A DNA stretch of 64,000 nucleotides. It comes from a virus. Shown piece after piece: positions 34,767-42,876 of the stretch; the stretch's first letter is position 1; the number at the start of each line of letters is the position of its first letter. Location of the stretch: the IMG/VR virus record IMGVR_UViG_3300037511_000125, positions 1-64,000 of that record; one strand, 5' to 3'. The translations under genes were made by a program, and so were the position numbers. The notes beneath the pieces are model-generated. The model did no database searches. It worked only from the letters and a program-made list of their open reading frames with translations, and was not told where the DNA came from.

Positions 34767-35624
34767 ATGAATGAGCTGGCATTGTTCGCAGGCGCTGGTG
34801 GCGGGATTCTTGGCGGCCACTTGCTCGGATGGCGCACAGTCTGCGCCGTCGAATACAACGCCTATGCCCGAAGCGTATTACTGGCCCGACAAAACGACGG
34901 AACATTCCCGCCTTTCCCGATTTGGGATGATGTCCGAAGCTTTGACGGTCGACCGTGGCGAGGCTTTGTTGACGTGGTTTCTGGCGGGTTCCCGTGCCAA
35001 GACATCAGCGCAGCTGGACGCGGGGACGGTCTCGACGGTGAGCGAAGCGGGCTCTGGACGGAAATGGCTCGGATTATTGGCGAGGTTCGACCGCGATACG
35101 CGTACATGGAGAACTCCCCAATCCTCACTTCTAGAGGGCTCGGACGAGTTCTCGGAGACCTGGCCGCGATGGGGTTCGATGCGGAATGGGGAGTCTTGGG
35201 AGCGGCAGACTTTGGCGCCCATCACCAGCGAGATCGAATCTGGATTCTGGCCCACTCCGAACTGCGTAGGGTATCGGAGCGACGGGGAACTGCTGCTTCT
35301 GTCTCGCAAGTTGACTTCGCGCGAGGAGTATCTAGCGATGTCGGATCGGGCCTGCAACAGCAAGCGGGAACGGTTCTGGCCTACCCCGACCGTCGCAATG
35401 TCGAAGGGATCGAGCGAGGGCGCCCTGACACGCAAGACGGGGCGCAGCCGAGAGAACGACAGACTGGACTACGCAGTCGAGGGGAATGGCCGGAATGGCC
35501 GACTGAACCCGGAATGGATCGAGTGGTTAATGGGTTGGCCCATCGGGTGGACCGAATTAAAGCCCTTGGAAACGGCCAGGTACCGAGAGTGGCTGCAGCA
35601 GCATTCGATCTGCTCTCGCGCTGA
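34767..35624 (+). CDS. DNA (cytosine-5) methyltransferase, frame A
   Basis: Motif I LFAGAGGG, IV GGFPCQDIS, VI ENSP, VIII QRDRIWILA, X RIKALGNGQVP. The middle about 95 aa look low-quality (Arg-rich, low GC3). Confidence 0.75.
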   Translation: MNELALFAGAGGGILGGHLLGWRTVCAVEYNAYARSVLLARQNDGTFPPFPIWDDVRSFDGRPWRGFVDVVSGGFPCQDISAAGRGDGLDGERSGLWTEMARIIGEVRPRYAYMENSPILTSRGLGRVLGDLAAMGFDAEWGVLGAADFGAHHQRDRIWILAHSELRRVSERRGTAASVSQVDFARGVSSDVGSGLQQQAGTVLAYPDRRNVEGIERGRPDTQDGAQPRERQTGLRSRGEWPEWPTEPGMDRVVNGLAHRVDRIKALGNGQVPRVAAAAFDLLSR

Positions 35625-35634
35625 AGCAGCCTAA
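34771..35634 (+). CDS. alternate-frame ORF fully inside the methyltransferase gene, frame B
   Basis: 287 aa open. WPTP occurs twice, plus NPEWIEWLMGWPIGWT and TWPRWGSMRNGE. By hand count GC3 is higher than in frame A, and the GAGGA SD is better spaced for this ATG. Confidence 0.4.
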   Translation: MSWHCSQALVAGFLAATCSDGAQSAPSNTTPMPEAYYWPDKTTEHSRLSRFGMMSEALTVDRGEALLTWFLAGSRAKTSAQLDAGTVSTVSEAGSGRKWLGLLARFDRDTRTWRTPQSSLLEGSDEFSETWPRWGSMRNGESWERQTLAPITSEIESGFWPTPNCVGYRSDGELLLLSRKLTSREEYLAMSDRACNSKRERFWPTPTVAMSKGSSEGALTRKTGRSRENDRLDYAVEGNGRNGRLNPEWIEWLMGWPIGWTELKPLETARYREWLQQHSICSRAEAA

Positions 35635-35653
35635 CCCTCCAATACCTACAGCG

Positions 35654-35824
35654 CTAATAGGGAGGCTTGGCGCGTTGTATCAGCTTCCGTAGCCATTCGA
35701 GGCCGTAGGCATCGATCTTGGACCATTGATCCGCTGATAGGCGGATGGAGCGCTGGACAAGTTTCTGATCGTCGGGGAGCCTCGGGCGCCCGCCAGGGTG
35801 TTTGGGTTTGGGTTTCGTTTCCAT
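35654..35824 (-). CDS. 56-aa basic ORF (RHH-like?) antisense to the operon
   Basis: My translation: METKPKPKHPGGRPRLPDDQKLVQRSIRLSADQWSKIDAYGLEWLRKLIQRAKPPY. No clear SD. The start lies inside a 14-bp hairpin stem. Confidence 0.3.
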   Translation of the reverse strand: METKPKPKHPGGRPRLPDDQKLVQRSIRLSADQWSKIDAYGLEWLRKLIQRAKPPY

Positions 35825-35901
35825 GCGCCACATTGTACACGCTGTATTCGAATCACAGAAACATGTTGCGCATGGTTAGTTTATGAATCACAATAACAGA
35901 T

Positions 35902-36996
35902 ATGGAAATCGTCAAGACATTGAAGTTGCGTATCAAGGACAAGCACGCCACGGCGTTGCTTGCGATGGCTCGCGACGTCAATACTGTCTGGAATTTCTGC
36001 AACGAAACGCAATACCGCAGCCTGAGACGATACTGCAATCGACCCAAAACATGGTTGTCAGGCTTTGATCTCGAGAAGCTTGTTTCAGGGTTTGTGAAGT
36101 GCGAGAGTGTTTCAATCGGCTCATCCACAGCGCAAGAGACTTGCCAACAGTTTGCAAGGCGTCTAAGGCAGTTCAAGCGCCAGAAACTTCGGTGGCGCGT
36201 AAGTGATCGTCAGTCGCCCAGATATTCGCTTGGGTGGGTGCCGTTCAAGGCAACTGCCATCAAGTTCAAAAATGGGCAGTTGCACCTCAATGGAAAGAGC
36301 ATCGGCCTTTGGGATTCATATGGCCTTTCCAAGTATGAGCTTCGCGCCGGCAGCTTCAACGAAGACTCGCGCGGTCGCTGGTACGTGAACATCGCGGTCA
36401 AGGAAAAGGCCGCAGAGAAGCGTGTACCGGATGGCGCGACTTCGATCGGAATCGACCTCGGCCTTAAGACGATGGCGACATACAGCGACGGCACGAAGTT
36501 CGAAATGCCGCGCTGGTATCGACTCTCCGAACAGACGCTCGGAATCGCCCAGCGGGCGAACAAGAAACGCCGCGTTAAGGCTATCCACGCGAAGATCGCG
36601 AATCAGCGCAAGGACGCCATCCACAAGGAAACGTCCGCACTGGTGAAGAAGCATGCAGCAATCTTCGTAGGGAACGTGAACGCGAAAGCGCTGGCGAGAA
36701 CGAGCATGGCGAAATCCGTGCACGACGCCGCATGGACGATGTTCCGGACACAACTCAAGTTCAAGGCCATCAGGCATTGCGTGGTGTTCGAGGAAGTCAA
36801 CGAAGCGTTTTCATCCCAAACCTGTTCGAGTTGCGGAGCTTTGCCCGACTCGCGGCCGAGAGGTATCGCAGGACTTGGAATAAGAGAGTGGGCGTGCAGC
36901 GACTGTGGAGCGGTCCATGACCGGGATACAAACGCCGCACGAAACATTCTCCGCTTGGGGCATCAAGCGCTAGCGGTAGGAGCCTCGCACGTCTAG
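35902..36996 (+). CDS. tnpB: TnpB (RuvC-like RNA-guided nuclease, OrfB_IS605)
   Basis: ...IGIDLGLK... (RuvC-I), ...FEEVNEAFSSQTCSSCGALP...WACSDCGAVHDRDTNAARNI (zinc finger plus RuvC-III). Confidence 0.85.
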   Translation: MEIVKTLKLRIKDKHATALLAMARDVNTVWNFCNETQYRSLRRYCNRPKTWLSGFDLEKLVSGFVKCESVSIGSSTAQETCQQFARRLRQFKRQKLRWRVSDRQSPRYSLGWVPFKATAIKFKNGQLHLNGKSIGLWDSYGLSKYELRAGSFNEDSRGRWYVNIAVKEKAAEKRVPDGATSIGIDLGLKTMATYSDGTKFEMPRWYRLSEQTLGIAQRANKKRRVKAIHAKIANQRKDAIHKETSALVKKHAAIFVGNVNAKALARTSMAKSVHDAAWTMFRTQLKFKAIRHCVVFEEVNEAFSSQTCSSCGALPDSRPRGIAGLGIREWACSDCGAVHDRDTNAARNILRLGHQALAVGASHV

Positions 36997-37050
36997 CGCG
37001 GGGAGATGCCAATAATAGAGGACAACGTGGAAGGCGTATCGCCTAACCCC
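36850..37050 (+). ncRNA. expected omega/reRNA region at the tnpB 3' end (inferred)
   Basis: By analogy with characterised TnpB loci, the guide RNA overlaps the 3' end of tnpB and the right end. I did not fold it convincingly. Confidence 0.3.
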
Positions 37051-37060
37051 AGAGGACACC

Positions 37061-38059
37061 ATGACAACCTATACAGACCGCCAGAAGGCATGCATTCAAG
37101 CGCTTCACGACGCTATTTTCGACAAGTGCCTGATGGACCTGACCGACGACGAGTGCGTGGGAATCCTCGCCTACCTCGAAAGCACGTCTCCTGTTGCTGG
37201 GTTTAGCGAGGCGACGAGCGAGCCGATTTACGAGACGTACACGGGCCAGAACGGTTGGCTTGAAGTCTCGAAAGACGAATACGAGCGCACGAAGGACAAG
37301 TACGAACACCGCATCCGATACGCCGCACCCGATAGTGGGGTGATGACGGGCACGTTTTCGTGTCCGCTGTGCGGGAAAGCGACGCCGCATGAGCACACGG
37401 CGGAGGAACAGGTCGCATACAGAAATATGCGCAAGCTGGTCCCCGATTGGCACGAAGGCACGCTTATGGAAATCCTTAGGGACGCCGGTCTTCGGTTCGA
37501 ATACCGCGATGAAAATGTCCGAGGTGCTGTTATCGCAGGCATCAAGTGGGGATTCAGTGAAGCCATCAAGCAATCCGTCACGTCGCGCGCCGCCGCCCCT
37601 ACACCAGTAGCCGATAGTGGGGCGATGGAAAGTGCATTGGCCGAACTGATCGATAAGATCATGCCAGGTCTTGATAGCGGCAACATTCTTGCCGACGCCC
37701 GCACGGCCAGCGACGCCATCACCAGAAGCGAGCCCGTGGCGTGGTTGGTCAACGGATTGAATAGCCACAACGGGCCTTCGTCGAGCGCATGGATTCGGAA
37801 AGACAATGCCGACGCTGCCGCTGCTTTGCTGTTCCGGGAATCAGTGACGCCGCTCTACCGTTATCCACGCATCGCTCTCGCCGCCGCGAAGCCGGTCAGC
37901 GTGGATGCGGGCGCCATGCGTGAGCGGGATTCGGTGATCGAAGGCTACCGGCGAGAACGAGATGAAGCACTAGCAGATGCCGAACGGTACAAACGCCTGT
38001 ACCAATCTGCGCGCACGCTTCTCAACCCTCCCAACGAATCGACAGGAGAGCCGACATGA
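37061..38059 (+). CDS. hypothetical protein
   Basis: 332-aa ORF. Confidence 0.6.
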   Translation: MTTYTDRQKACIQALHDAIFDKCLMDLTDDECVGILAYLESTSPVAGFSEATSEPIYETYTGQNGWLEVSKDEYERTKDKYEHRIRYAAPDSGVMTGTFSCPLCGKATPHEHTAEEQVAYRNMRKLVPDWHEGTLMEILRDAGLRFEYRDENVRGAVIAGIKWGFSEAIKQSVTSRAAAPTPVADSGAMESALAELIDKIMPGLDSGNILADARTASDAITRSEPVAWLVNGLNSHNGPSSSAWIRKDNADAAAALLFRESVTPLYRYPRIALAAAKPVSVDAGAMRERDSVIEGYRRERDEALADAERYKRLYQSARTLLNPPNESTGEPT

Positions 38060-38355
38060 CCATGCGCGGCGGATTTAAAGTCAGGAATGTTCCACCTCCC
38101 GGCAAGAAACGCATCGCCGATTGGATGGGCTTGCGCGTTGCGATCAAGACCGAAATGACAAACGGCTATGCGACCTTCCCGGCCGGATGCACGGCAGTAG
38201 TCGCTGGCGTCGGCAATGGGCTCCATTTGAAGTTCGATCCGTGCAACTGCTGCGGTATCGCTGGTCACCTCATGCGCGTTCATGGAAGCGAGGTCAAAGT
38301 TATCGACACCGAATCGACAGGATCGACAGGATCGACTGGAGAGCCAACGCTATGA
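38056..38355 (+). CDS. hypothetical protein
   Basis: 99 aa. Its C-terminus carries an STG repeat encoded by GATCGACAG repeats. Confidence 0.5.
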   Translation: MTMRGGFKVRNVPPPGKKRIADWMGLRVAIKTEMTNGYATFPAGCTAVVAGVGNGLHLKFDPCNCCGIAGHLMRVHGSEVKVIDTESTGSTGSTGEPTL

Positions 38356-38525
38356 GCGACGACGACCTCAAATGCCCCGGCTGTGGCGTGATGGCCGACA
38401 AGGTTCAACCGAACGGATGGCTTTTCTACTGCGTTCCATGCAAGTGGGGTTGGGGTCATCCGCAGATTGACTCTCGCGAGGCGGCGACTGATTTTCTTCA
38501 CGATTTGAAGGAGCCAACGCTATGA
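38352..38525 (+). CDS. small zinc-ribbon protein (57 aa)
   Basis: MSDDDLKCPGCG...YCVPCKW. Confidence 0.45.
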   Translation: MSDDDLKCPGCGVMADKVQPNGWLFYCVPCKWGWGHPQIDSREAATDFLHDLKEPTL

Positions 38526-38983
38526 GCGACGTGCTTGCAAAACTTAAAGCCATGCGCGGCGGTGATCGTCACGACAGGCCGAAGTACCTCGGAGACGGAA
38601 TACACGAGTCGGTGAAACTCGACGACATTATCGCCGAACTCGAAGCGCGTGCCGGTGAAGCTGTCCCTCAAGGGTGGAAGCTTGTGCCGATTGAGCCTTC
38701 GAACAAGATGACTGCCGTGGGCCAAGAACACCGTTACGAGTCCGTATGGAGCATCGGGGCCATCTACCGCGAAATGATCGCGCATGCCCCCATTCCTCCT
38801 ACCGGTGACGCCGCAGGAACCTTCGTTAGGTTGCAAGACTTGGAGTCCATCTACGAGGCCATGAACCATCTTGGCGATACGCTAAACGAAATGGATGCCG
38901 TCGAGAAAGAGGACGAAGTTGCGACCGATCCGGGATTCTCGGCAATTCGTGATGCGATCAAGCGCGCAGGAGGCAAGCCGTGA
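38522..38983 (+). CDS. hypothetical protein
   Basis: 153-aa ORF. Confidence 0.55.
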   Translation: MSDVLAKLKAMRGGDRHDRPKYLGDGIHESVKLDDIIAELEARAGEAVPQGWKLVPIEPSNKMTAVGQEHRYESVWSIGAIYREMIAHAPIPPTGDAAGTFVRLQDLESIYEAMNHLGDTLNEMDAVEKEDEVATDPGFSAIRDAIKRAGGKP

Positions 38984-39276
38984 ACATCAAAGAATTGAAT
39001 GACCTTCTTTCCAAGATGGAAGAAGCCGGTTTCAGCAGGGCGGAGTTGAATAACGAGCGCTTGAGAAAAGCTGCAAAGCACTTGCTCGGTGACGCGGCAG
39101 GAAAGGATTCGGTAGATGCGGCGCGGTATCGGTGGCTCAGGTCGGAAGCGTGCGCAAAGTCTCTCCCGCACGCGTATGCGCCGCATGACTTCAGACCAAT
39201 TTTCGGGGATGAACTTGACGCCGCCATTGACGCTATCGCTTCTCTTACCAAGACAGCAGATGGAGAGAAGACTTGA
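38980..39276 (+). CDS. hypothetical protein
   Basis: 98-aa ORF. Confidence 0.5.
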   Translation: MNIKELNDLLSKMEEAGFSRAELNNERLRKAAKHLLGDAAGKDSVDAARYRWLRSEACAKSLPHAYAPHDFRPIFGDELDAAIDAIASLTKTADGEKT

Positions 39277-39515
39277 AAGTTGGACAATGCGTGATGTTAG
39301 TGGGCACTGACGGCTACATGCCACCGTTCGGCGCATTAGGTCAAATCGTCGAACCGATGGACGAAGACGGCGACTACGGAGTGCTGTTCTTCGCGCATCC
39401 TTGCCCGAACCCTCCGGGGATCCATTGGTACGCGCCGCCTTCGTGGCTCATGCCAATCGACGGCAACGAAAAGCAAACCGAAACCGTCGCCACTAATCAG
39501 CGCGGGGGAGATTGA
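39273..39515 (+). CDS. hypothetical protein
   Basis: TTG start 5 nt after GGAGAG. 80 aa. Confidence 0.5.
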   Translation: MKVGQCVMLVGTDGYMPPFGALGQIVEPMDEDGDYGVLFFAHPCPNPPGIHWYAPPSWLMPIDGNEKQTETVATNQRGGD

Positions 39516-39519
39516 GAAT

Positions 39520-39771
39520 ATGGATCAGCGAGAAAGGTTTGAGGCGTGGGTAACGGGCGGCGGATTGCCGGTTGAGCACGCAGCGAACATCGACTTTTTC
39601 TATCCCGGCGCATGGGGTATTTGGCAAGCCGCAGAAGCTGCCGCGCCGGAACTGGCGGTATCGATTTGCGACGAACACGCCGGAAGCGCGACCGATTATC
39701 TGGCATGGGATTGCGCCGAAAGCATCCGCAAGTTGGCCGCTCCAGTTGAGCGCGGGGGAGATAAGTCATGA
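39520..39771 (+). CDS. hypothetical protein
   Basis: 83-aa ORF. Confidence 0.5.
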   Translation: MDQRERFEAWVTGGGLPVEHAANIDFFYPGAWGIWQAAEAAAPELAVSICDEHAGSATDYLAWDCAESIRKLAAPVERGGDKS

Positions 39772-40091
39772 GCCTCTATCAGTGCGAACACTGCGGATGC
39801 TGCGAGAACACTGCGCTTGGTTGCTACTGGTCGGTGAAGATCGAGCCGGAACTATTCGACTGGACCGGAATTGAAGATCGGCGCGCCAAGCATCTATGCA
39901 GCGCATGCGGGCCTGCGCGATACCGCGACGGGACCATGACCGGTCATGGCTCTTGGCATGGCAAGTTCGCGAGAACTTTCCTGCCGATGGGCATGTTCAA
40001 GACGAACCGGGTCGGAAATCTAGAGCACGTCGAAACTGGCAGCGAGGATTTTCGCGCATATGCTCTGTCGGCTGAGCGCGGGGGAGAGTAG
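39768..40091 (+). CDS. Cys-rich hypothetical protein
   Basis: MSLYQCEHCGCCEN...CSACGP. Confidence 0.55.
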   Translation: MSLYQCEHCGCCENTALGCYWSVKIEPELFDWTGIEDRRAKHLCSACGPARYRDGTMTGHGSWHGKFARTFLPMGMFKTNRVGNLEHVETGSEDFRAYALSAERGGE

Positions 40092-40096
40092 CGACT

Positions 40097-40297
40097 ATGA
40101 GTAGATACCCATACACCGATGCAGCGGATTACATTCGCTCGCAAGTACAGGATTTTAGTGAAGACCATCAGATGAGGTTGCCGACTATTAGCCGCTCGCA
40201 AGCAAGTCAGGCATACGGCGCAGTGGCAAAAGCGCTTGGCATGTCTCATGAGGAACTGGCGGTGAAGCTGGCAGATTATGCGAAGTCGTTGTTATGA
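40097..40297 (+). CDS. hypothetical protein
   Basis: 66-aa ORF. Confidence 0.45.
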   Translation: MSRYPYTDAADYIRSQVQDFSEDHQMRLPTISRSQASQAYGAVAKALGMSHEELAVKLADYAKSLL

Positions 40298-40482
40298 CCG
40301 CCATAGCCAACCGTCGCCACCTCCTCGAATCAGCCAACGCCTACGCCCGCGCCCGTCAGCCCACTCCCCAGCAAGTCCTCGATCTATGCACGGCAGTCTG
40401 CCAAACCCTGGCCGATGACTGCGGCGAGGCTGTTTCTATGGTGCTGCCAGGGAAGATCGTTATTTCGCGAGAACCTAAATGA
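40294..40482 (+). CDS. hypothetical protein
   Basis: 62-aa coupled ORF. Confidence 0.45.
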   Translation: MTAIANRRHLLESANAYARARQPTPQQVLDLCTAVCQTLADDCGEAVSMVLPGKIVISREPK

Positions 40483-40778
40483 GACCTTTTGCAGTGGAAG
40501 TCAGCTTTACGATGATCGTAATGGCAGAAGACGAGGGCGACGCCTACCAGTGCGCCCGCGAGAACGCATCCGAAGCTTGGGGGGATACATACGACCCACA
40601 GTTCGACGTGTGCGAGCAAATGAAGACGGAAGACGATCTAAAGCGCCACAAATGGGACGGCCAGTGCATCCCATACGGCGGAGACGGCAATACGCGACTG
40701 AGTGACATTCTCGCGGCGATCGAAGCGGAGCCCGAGCGCGATACGAAGACCATCGATATGTTTCAGGAGGCGCGATGA
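40479..40778 (+). CDS. hypothetical acidic protein
   Basis: 99-aa coupled ORF. Confidence 0.5.
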   Translation: MRPFAVEVSFTMIVMAEDEGDAYQCARENASEAWGDTYDPQFDVCEQMKTEDDLKRHKWDGQCIPYGGDGNTRLSDILAAIEAEPERDTKTIDMFQEAR

Positions 40779-41005
40779 GCGACCGCATGCACGATGCGAT
40801 GGAAAAGGCGCTGTGGAGTGGCGACGGTCCTGCTGCGCCAGAGGAAGCATTTTCACTTGGCTGGCGAGCTGCGCTCGAAGTCGCCTGGGAAGCCGTCCAC
40901 GCAGAGCGCCTGATCGACCCGACCGAGGAACACGGCGATCTGGTGTATCAGCGTGCCGTTGAGGATTGTGAGAATGCTGTGTTTGCGTTGAGGGAGAAAG
41001 CATGA
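40775..41005 (+). CDS. hypothetical protein
   Basis: 76-aa coupled ORF. Confidence 0.5.
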   Translation: MSDRMHDAMEKALWSGDGPAAPEEAFSLGWRAALEVAWEAVHAERLIDPTEEHGDLVYQRAVEDCENAVFALREKA

Positions 41006-41089
41006 AACAAGTGATTCACGATGCAGGTTCACGTCCGATCAAGGGGGGCAATAAGTTATAATTACGGGATACTAAATTAGGATGTGAAA

Positions 41090-41593
41090 ATGCCGCGCGC
41101 CGCACCGAATGACGGATTAACGACAAAGCAAAGATATTTCAAAAAGATGAGCGATGCAGCGCCAACAATTCTCTGCGCATGCGGGTGTGGCGGGTCGCTT
41201 AAGTCAGTCGATGCCTATGGCCGCCCCGCAACGTTCATCAATGGCCACAACGCGCGAAAGTACGAGGGCGAAGAATCGACCAAGTGGGCAGCCCAGAAGC
41301 GATACCGCACGAACAATCCCGATAAGCATCGGGACTACAAGCGTGAATATTATCGCGCTCGGAAACTTAAGGCGATGGAACTTCTGGGTAACAAATGTGA
41401 GTTGTGCGGAATCCCGTATAACGGGACTAACGCCCCCATTTTCGAATTTCATCATAGAAACCCGCACGAAAAAGAAGCTGGCGTTACCAGAATGCTAACC
41501 AATAAGGCTTGGGAGCAGGTCGTTCTGGAAATGACGAAATGCATTCTTGTGTGCGCCAATTGCCACAATCAACATCACGGAGGTGAGTGGTGA
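41090..41593 (+). CDS. HNH endonuclease
   Basis: ...CELCGIPY...FEFHHRNPHEK...LVCANCHNQHH. The upstream region is AT-rich. Confidence 0.8.
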   Translation: MPRAAPNDGLTTKQRYFKKMSDAAPTILCACGCGGSLKSVDAYGRPATFINGHNARKYEGEESTKWAAQKRYRTNNPDKHRDYKREYYRARKLKAMELLGNKCELCGIPYNGTNAPIFEFHHRNPHEKEAGVTRMLTNKAWEQVVLEMTKCILVCANCHNQHHGGEW

Positions 41594-42774
41594 AGCAGGT
41601 TATCAAGGAAGATGGGGCATCGCCCATCAAAATCTGGACCGATGACGTTGAGCAGAGCGCATTGGCCCAATTGAAGAGCATTGCCGGTCTGCCGTTTGTA
41701 TCGAAGCATGGCGTCGCAGTTATGCCTGACGTCCATGCCGGAATTGGGTCAACCGTTGGAAGCGTCGTGGCCACGGAAAAGGCAATCGTGCCTTCGATGG
41801 TCGGCGTGGACATCGGGTGCGGGATGAACGCCGTTCGCCTGTCGCTGAAGGCGTCCGAACTCCCCGACGATCTGAAGACGATCCGCCATCAGATTGAGCG
41901 AGACGTTCCGCTTGGAACGGGTGGGGCGCATCGCGACGACCGACAACCCGACATCCCTGTAGATCTGGCGGCGCGCTACACGCATATCGTCGATCAGCAC
42001 GCCGGGATTCTCAATAAGAACATGAACCGCCAGCTCGGCACATTGGGTAGCGGCAATCACTTCATCGAACTGTGCATCGACGAGGCGCAGGACGTTTGGG
42101 TGATGCTTCACAGTGGTTCGCGCGGCGTTGGCAATCTGATTGGCCGATACTTCATCGAGAAGGCGAAAAAGCGGATGGAGCAATACTTCATCAGCCTGCC
42201 GGATGGCGACTTGGCCTACTTCCCCGAAGACACCGACGATTTCCGCGATTACGTGAAGGCGGTGAACTGGGCGCAGGACTATGCGCTCGAAAACCGCCGC
42301 GTGATGATGGAAGCGGTGATCGCGGCGCTACGCCGACATATCCCCGTCGAATTCACAATTACTCAAGAGGCGATCAACTGCCATCACAACTACGTCGAGC
42401 GTGAAAACCACTTCGGCAAAAATCTCTGGGTGACGCGCAAGGGTGCAATTCGCGCTCGTGAAGGCGACCTTGGCATCATCCCGGGTTCGATGGGTCAACG
42501 CTCATACATCGTGCGCGGCAAGGGCAATCTGGAGTCGTACTGCTCATGTTCGCACGGGGCCGGTCGAAAGATGAGCCGTGCCGAGGCACGTCGTCGATTC
42601 CAGTTGTCCGATCTTGTCGCGCAGACTGAAGGCGTTGAGTGCCGCAAGGATGATGCGGTGCTGGACGAGATCCCCGGCGCGTACAAGCAGATTGACGAGG
42701 TGATGGCGAATCAGACGGACTTGGTTGAGGTCGTTCACGTCCTAAAGCAGTGCCTCTGCGTCAAGGGAGCCTGA
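41587..42774 (+). CDS. rtcB: RtcB RNA ligase (3'-phosphate/5'-OH)
   Basis: ...VGVDIGCGM..., ...LGSGNHFIELC..., ...HSGSRGVGN..., ...NCHHNY..., ...SCSHGAGR... are canonical RtcB metal/GMP motifs. Confidence 0.9.
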   Translation: MVKQVIKEDGASPIKIWTDDVEQSALAQLKSIAGLPFVSKHGVAVMPDVHAGIGSTVGSVVATEKAIVPSMVGVDIGCGMNAVRLSLKASELPDDLKTIRHQIERDVPLGTGGAHRDDRQPDIPVDLAARYTHIVDQHAGILNKNMNRQLGTLGSGNHFIELCIDEAQDVWVMLHSGSRGVGNLIGRYFIEKAKKRMEQYFISLPDGDLAYFPEDTDDFRDYVKAVNWAQDYALENRRVMMEAVIAALRRHIPVEFTITQEAINCHHNYVERENHFGKNLWVTRKGAIRAREGDLGIIPGSMGQRSYIVRGKGNLESYCSCSHGAGRKMSRAEARRRFQLSDLVAQTEGVECRKDDAVLDEIPGAYKQIDEVMANQTDLVEVVHVLKQCLCVKGA

Positions 42775-42876
42775 ATGGATATCGCCAAGGGTAAGCGCGT
42801 AACCGCCAAGGAGGCAGCTGCTATCCTTGGCGTCCCCTACGCCAACATCAGCCGAGTTGAGCATGCCACTAGCTAA
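42775..42876 (+). CDS. 33-aa HTH-like ORF (possibly a remnant)
   Basis: MDIAKGKRVTAKEAAAILGVPYANISRVEHATS. It overlaps the next ORF in a different frame. Confidence 0.3.
   Translation: MDIAKGKRVTAKEAAAILGVPYANISRVEHATS

Larger units (their letters stand above)
35821..37050 (+). mobile_element. IS200/IS605-family element carrying only tnpB (IS1341-like); ends approximate
   Basis: tnpB without tnpA. An imperfect hairpin at 35821-35875 on the left side. It interrupts an otherwise tightly packed plus-strand operon. Confidence 0.55.

Noticed and set aside
35821-35875. The hairpin CCATGCGC...GCGCATGG, considered as a terminator.
   Set aside because: There is no U-tract on either strand. Its location at the left edge of the tnpB element fits an IS605-type subterminal structure better.
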